From: Antechinus flavipes
Taxonomy: Eukaryota
DNA: 64,000 nucleotides
Reading direction: 5' to 3'
NCBI RefSeq assembly: GCF_016432865.1
Contig: NC_067398.1
Coordinates: 654,906,001-654,970,000, forward strand
The notes beneath the pieces were generated by a model. It did not search any database. It worked only from the letters and a program-made list of their open reading frames with translations, and was not told the origin of the DNA. Made by a program: the position numbers and the translations under genes. This document shows, piece after piece, positions 57,723 through 64,000 of this stretch (positions are counted from its first letter, which is position 1; each line of letters starts with the position of its first letter).

Positions 57723-60700
57723 TCAGGGCTTCAATCGCCATACCTCCAAAGACAGGCCCCCAGATGCAGCTACCACCATGTTGCCGTCAGCACAGACCTG
57801 GCAGGAGGGAGTCAGGAACAGAGGCCTTACCGGAGGGCAGTGGGCAGAGGGTGCAGCAAGGCAAAGCTGGGGGGGGGCCCTTACCCCATTAAGAACATTG
57901 TGGTGGCTTCGGGTGCAGATGGTCCTTGGTGGGTCAGTAGGCACGTGTACCTGGAGAGGAGGGACTGGGCTCAGGGTCTGGAAGTGAGGATCTGCGCTTC
58001 AATTTGGGGACCCCAGTCCGCTGGTGCTTACCCGAATGGTCTTGTCCGTCGATGTGGTATAAAGTGACCCCAAGGAATGTTCAATGCCAGTGATTTGTGA
58101 CCTATGCCCCACATCGAAGGACTGCAAGAAAGAGATACAAGGGATGGGACACGCAGGGTTTCTATCCCCCAACACCTGGTCCCTGCTCTCCCCACACCCC
58201 TGCAAATCCAGTTCCCAACTCAGGTCATATTCACAGGGCAGCTGCTGATCCAGGGCCCTTCTGCCCACCCCCTTTTCCAACTCTTAAAATGAAAAACAAA
58301 ATCAAATTTAAAAGCGATCTTAGGGATCACCCAGCCCAAACCTTTCATCTAACAGAACAAGACAGTGAAATCTTGGGAGATTATTTGCTATGGTTTCCCT
58401 TCCTATCCCCAAGGCCAGAAGAGAAATGGGCAAAGGAGAAAGTCAAGCCAAGGTGAGAAGAACTGAGAAATACCACACCCTGACGTGCTTGAATTGGCCT
58501 CCGTGGTTCTCAAACACATAGAGCAGACCCTGGTTGTCCCCAGCCCAGAGCTGGGGCTCTCGATAGGACATGCACAATAGATATGACTCCAGCTGGTGGC
58601 AAGAAGAAGAAGGCTCAGTGGAAGAATGAACTGATCCTGCCCTCCACCCTGTGGGATCCTGGGAAGCTGAGCCCCACCTCCTCCCCACCATCAAGGATGG
58701 AGCCAGGGCCAGGGCGGGGGCAAGGGCAGCACCAGACCTGCAGCTGCTCCCTCCCACCCCCAGCCCTACTGGGCCCCAGCACCTGCAGCCGCTGTAGGAC
58801 ACTGTTGGTCCGCCTCTCAAACACCACCAAGGTCCGATCCTCACTTCCTGAGATAATGTACTGGTCATCAGCCAACAAGGCCAGCACGGCACTGGAATGC
58901 AGCCTTCGGCTCTTTACCAGGGCCTGGCCCGCTGTGCCCAAGTGGGTCAAGCATTAGAATGGCCGGTCACTTCCTCCCCTCCCAAAGGCTTCCTTCCAGT
59001 CCAGACCAGAGAGGTGCTCAGAAAGGCCTCCTTCTGAGACCTGATCCCAGGCTGTGACAATACTGTCAACCACCCCAGCTAGCACATGGAGCTCTTGCTG
59101 CCTCTCCACCACCCTGAAATCCAGCCAGCCAAAGCCTTCTCCTACCCTCCCCGGGGCACCCTGCTTTCCCTATCTCTGCCCAGGATTCTGGGGGCCCACC
59201 TCGGGGGTCGTAAACAGTCACTTTCTTATCATAGGTGCCAGTGACCAGGATGTCAGGACGGTAGGAGAGACAGAGAACTGCAGCCTTGCCCCTAGGGAGA
59301 CAGGAATGGGGCTGGGGGAAGGGAAATTGGGCCATCTGGGCCTCATCCTTCTCCATCCCCACCAGGCCCGAACCTTGGCACATTCTTCCCCCCCAACCAC
59401 TGCATACCTGATTTCCCCAAACTGCTGCCCATCAGCTTCCATGTCCCAGAGCTTCACAGTGCTATCCCAGGAGCCCGAGCAGACGCGGTTATCCTGGGCA
59501 GCCAAGGACCAGACCCAGCCCTGGAGAATTGGGGCAATCAGGGCCTGGATCCTCATTTGGGAGCCACCAACATGAGTCCAGCAAAAGAATCACCCCAAAG
59601 TCTGGCTCCCAATCCTCACCTTGTGGGTCCCACTGCGCTGGGTACCCAGGGCCTTGACCAGAACTTTGCCTGGCTCTACTCCAAGCTGTCTTAAGTCCCA
59701 TAAGTTGACATTGCGGTCTCGGGAGCCAGAGACACAGAGTGCCCCACCCTGGAGGAGGACACAGGTGGGGTGTGAGGGGCATATAGTGTCTAGAAGATAG
59801 TCCCAGGACAGGATTTATGAGCTAGATGTGACCCCTGAGATTTTCTGGTCTAACCCTATCATAATGAAGATGAGGAAATTTCAGCTATTAAGTCAAAGTC
59901 ACAAAGCTGGGATTCAAATTTAAGTTCTTAAACTCCACATCCAGAGTTCTTTCCACTATGCTTAGGATTAGAGTTCAAATCCTGGCTCTGGTAATCCATA
60001 ATAACCAAGTCCCCAGGCAGAATCAGCGACATTCCTTCTAGAGCATTAAAATAAACTAAAGACATTTTCTCTCTCTCTCTCTTAAAGGAAACAGCATTGG
60101 AACAGTGCTGTGAACGGAGCTAAGATAAGGAAGGAGTACATTTCTAAGCATCAGCAAGATGTGGGCAAAAGCACAGGAGGATAAAGGTGCAATTCCAAGT
60201 TGGAGGGACAGCAAATAGGCTAGTTGGGGAGGAACACAGGAGAAGACGCAAGATTCAGTAATATCTCTATGGACAGGATAGGACATAATCAGATTGCATG
60301 AAGCACTCTATATGTTCATTCTTCTCACTGCAGCTTCTCAACCAGGAGAGCAGCCTAGCCGGGCGTATGCAGTAGATGGATGGGATGAGGGGGACACTGG
60401 AAATAAAGGCATGAATTTTAACAATCGGCAGTGAGAGGCGCCTACTTGGATCTGAGAGATGTTATGGAAGTAGAAGCAATTAGACTTGACTGCTAACTGG
60501 ATATGAAGATAGGGTGACAGAAGAGTTCGGGATGGTGCCCTTGGCAGAAACAGGAAGTTAGGAAGAAAGGTGGGTTGGATAAAAGATCCAATGATTCAGT
60601 CTTGGACATGTAGCATTCCACATGCCTAAGGGACATCCAGGTGGAGATGTCCAACAGGTGACATGGGAATAGAGCGCAAAAAGTAATTAAATTTCAGCTA

Positions 60701-61734
60701 TGTGGCCCTAGCCAAGTCAGTGAACTTCAACTGCCTCCAAAATAATTATTAAACTTCTGAGTTTCAGTTTTCTCATCTAAAAAACACAAAGCTTTCTCAT
60801 CTCTCACTTGCTCTCCGTCCCTCCGAGGTGACAGCTTTGCAAACCTAGTTATAGAAACTGGACACGTCACCCCGGCTAAGGTGATCCAGGGTGCTGACCA
60901 CCTCCCCTGCCCAAGCAGGATGGCCTCCCCCTCACCTGCAGCAGGAGCACCGAGTCGATGGAGGCAAAGTGGCCGTCCGACAAGCAGAAGTATTCGGCCC
61001 TTCGCCCGTCATCTGCCCAGCGGGCCAAGTGCTCCTCTAATTCAATGCAGGCAGCGGGCCAGTCAAAGTTCTCCTCTGGGGGGGCCGGGAGGGGGGAGGG
61101 GGGGAAATAGCGAGGTCTGAGCCCTGCCCCGTCCTGAAAGTTGTCTCCTCTCTGGCCGCCGCCACCTCACCCCCCACCCCCGCTTCCCGCCAGCCTCACT
61201 CCCTAATTCAGCCAAGGAAAACAGCTCGACGTCCCTAAAGGTTCCCATCCCTCCTCCTCTCCTTCCCACCCGGTGAAATCCCGGGGTCAGCGCAGGGTCG
61301 GGCCCCTTCCCCCCAGCCCCCGCACCTTCCACCACGGGGTAGGCCCCCCCCAGGAGCTTCTGCACACGGATCTTCCACATAACCTGGTCCTGGACGATGT
61401 CCCGGAGGGACCGGCAGACCAGGGGCAGAACCCCCAGCACCAGCCTCGCCTCCAAGTAGGAGCAGATCTCCAGGATTAGCTCCAGCGGCAGACCCAGCAG
61501 ACCGGATGCGTCTGGGCCGGGCTCCCCGCCAGGGGACCGCAGGGATTCGCGCCACAGCTCTGCTGGGGGTGGTCGGGGGCTGACCGCAGGCGGGGGCGCC
61601 AGGACCGTGCGGGCTGGGGCCGGGCTGGGCGAACCCAGAACTCGGTCGATGTACTCCTGGGCTTGGACATCCGGGTCTGCCTCAGGGTCCGAGTCCTCAT
61701 CCCAGTCCAGGTTGTCTTCTGGGGGTGGCTCCAT
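57723..61734 (-). CDS. FBXW9: F-box/WD repeat protein 9, 10 coding exons, 458 aa
   Basis: Exons 61326-61734, 60936-61075, 59620-59748, 59408-59520, 59200-59291, 58783-58931, 58479-58592, 58032-58121, 57885-57950, 57723-57797 total 1377 nt. F-box [16 protein letters not shown]...LPLVCRSLR is followed by WD40 repeats ([26 protein letters not shown]). AATAAA on minus at 57411-57406. Confidence 0.96.
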
Positions 61735-62049
61735 GCCGGGGGGGAGACCCTGTGGGGTCGAGGATGGGGAGGGAAGCGCCCTGAGAGCATACGATCACAG
61801 GGTGAGGGCTGGAAGGGCCCTTCTGGGCCCCCTAATCCACCCCCCTCACTTTACGACTTAGACGAGGGAAGCGACTCTCCCAGTAACACGCGATCAGTAA
61901 ATGGCAGAGCCAGCACTCGAATCCGGGTCTTCTCAATCCAATCCAGGGCTCTTACCACCGCACCACACTGTGTTATGCGGGGGCTTGGGCCAAAGGTGGC
62001 AGGGGCCCGTGGTACGGAAGGGAGAACCGAGTACGTACTGAGGGACCTC

Positions 62050-62330
62050 CCCGCCGAGCCACCCCACCTCCCACCTGTCACCCGCTCGGGCGCCGCCGCC
62101 GCCCCAGCTGCATTTCGTCTCCAAGGCACCGAGACGTTACTTCCGGCACCGACTGATGACGTAGCACAGCAGCTGTAGAACAGCCCGCAAGCCGGAAGCA
62201 GGACACCTCGATTCCGATGCTTCTGGGTGGAGCCTTGAAACTGCTCCTCCCTTCTCGGACTCCAGGATAACCCCCCAGCGCACTTCCCACCAGACTGCGG
62301 CCCGTTCATTATCCCGGGAAAGGGACCCCA
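62050..62330 (-). promoter_or_regulatory. FBXW9 CpG promoter
   Basis: ETS ACTTCCGG at 62139-62146, CRE-like TGACGT at 62157-62162 and a second CCGGAAG at 62192-62198, in a CpG-rich context. Confidence 0.6.
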
Positions 62331-62369
62331 CCCCAGAGAGACAGACACAAAGGTGGAGACCAAAAAACT

Positions 62370-64000
62370 TGAGTCACAAGAAACTGGTTTTTAGTCAACA
62401 AAAAATTATACATAAAATGAGAAAAATCTCATTGGAGCAAAGGTGCAAGCAGTTGCTTCAACACTAATCCACAGCAGTTTTACCATAGGAAACATTACAG
62501 CACATTTACAAATGTACAAATCGAGGATTCAACAGACAGGAGGCTAAAAACTAGAGTCAGCACCGTCACCCAGGCCAAGCAAACTCCCGAAATCAGAAAC
62601 TAACTCAAACAGAGGCAGAGGCAGTTGGATCATGGAGCTTTAACTTCATTGTGCAAAAAACCGAAAATTTTAAATAAAACAAATTAAAAAATTAAATAAT
62701 CTGGAAAAAAAAAAAAAAAAAAAAACACTTGCTCCCCCCGTCCCTTTCTCTGGGCCCCGCGGAGGCTAAATCCGGATCTCTCACCCTGAGCTGAGCAAAG
62801 GCATAGGCCAGATTAATACCAAGGCTATGTCTCCAGCAACCCAGGGGAAAAAGCTTCTCCAAAATAACCAGAATTTTAAAAATAAAATTAACAAAAAATA
62901 AAAACAAAAAAAAAAACAAAACAAAACAAAAAAAAACATTTGTAAACGGCTCCCAGAGACCTGCTCGAGTTTTTACGCGATTTTAAAAAATTAAATTAAA
63001 AAGCTGAGCTGAGGAATGTGCGTGACAAGACGCTTGAAATGGTGAGTGAAGGATGGAAGAAATGGAAGGGGCAGACAGGCCCTGATTCAGATACAGGGTT
63101 CCCCATCCTGAGGTGGAAGGCAGGCAGAAAGCGTAGGGCATCAACCAAGAAAGGGAGATCTTAGCCCCTTGGGAAGGGCTGACGAGACACGGAACCCCAA
63201 TAACAGAGGAGACGTGAGCGGGCACAAAGCCGCTGGAGGGGGAATGTTTCCCTCAAAGCCCATGAGTAAAATCTCCACAGGGGGTTGATCCCTCCTCATT
63301 GTAGTCCCCCCAGCCCCCTTCACCCACACCAATCTGGAGTCTTCCAGGGCCCTGACAGTCCTCAGGCCCAGGAAAATCACCAGACTTGGATTCCTTCCTT
63401 CCTTCCAGGCTGGGCAGCGTTTATGAAGGTCCCTGTCCTAGTTTCTGGAGAGCAAGCAAGCAATCTACTTCGACTAACCACTTTTCCCTTCTATGCTCTT
63501 GAGGACTTGAGGGAATGAATAAGTGGAAATACCATGAGTCACAGGTCCATCCATCCATCCATTTCACTTTCCCCTCACTGATTCACTAGGCTCTGAATGA
63601 GATTCCTGCTGCCACTTGGCTGACTTAATTTCCCCACAAATAAAGCACCCAGAAGAAAGCCTTTCTTGGCTACTGCCAAAGCTGGTTCCAGCCACTATCC
63701 CAGGACCAAAAATGTTAAATAAAATGAGACAAGAAAAGGATAGCCTCGAGGCCATAACAGGACAGAAAAGGAAACAGGAATGAAGCCCTAAGACTGTCCT
63801 ATCAACATTTCTAGAAGAGAGAAGAGATACTAAAGTTGTATTCAGTTACACTCAGATATCTTAGGGCTCATCCACATATAGGGAACCAACAGTGGTAGAG
63901 AAGCACAGTCCTCCTCCCAGTGGGAAGATTGCTAGGCAGCCTCATGACTGAGGCTAGGAGACAGCAGACCCAGGCTGAGGGGCTCACCATATGCTCCAAC
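62370..64000 (-). other. Probable distal 3' UTR of TNPO2 (no CDS in window)
   Basis: Largely free of interspersed repeats, with long U-rich tracts on minus, several TGTA motifs and a candidate ACTAAA at 62395-62390. The gene identity is inferred only from synteny (TNPO2 lies upstream of FBXW9 on the same strand in human). Confidence 0.55.

Overview
Marsupial genomic DNA, most likely an Australian dasyurid. The species call is an inference from CORE/RTE-type SINEs and marsupial L1 3' ends. The window is syntenic to the human 19p13 block MAN2B1 - WDR83OS - WDR83 - DHPS - GNG14 - FBXW9 - TNPO2. Bases 1 to ~26,200 are AT-rich and appear gene-free. They are built from L1 3' ends, L2, CR1/L3, SINEs, a hAT MITE, at least one solo LTR and a 143-base assembly gap. 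From ~26,300 the sequence is GC-rich and gene-dense. I reconstructed six complete spliced CDSs by hand, all with GT-AG introns and open frames: MAN2B1 (-, 24 exons, 1004 aa), WDR83OS (-, 4 exons, 106 aa), WDR83 (+, 9 coding exons, 316 aa), DHPS (-, 9 exons, 374 aa), GNG14 (+, 2 coding exons, 72 aa; absent from the ORF track) and FBXW9 (-, 10 coding exons, 458 aa). The last ~1.6 kb is probably the TNPO2 3' UTR. Most notable findings: (1) an intact, prenylatable GNG14 (CAAX = CTIL); (2) a tail-to-tail WDR83/DHPS overlap; (3) two competing or duplicated DHPS 5' splice sites; (4) non-canonical poly(A) sites at both places where a gene ends on the next gene's promoter; (5) a cryptic minisatellite in WDR83OS intron 1; (6) young L1 insertions with perfect TSDs, one with a possible 3' transduction. 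I found no clearly new multi-gene system. Comparisons with human proteins are from memory and need alignment to confirm.
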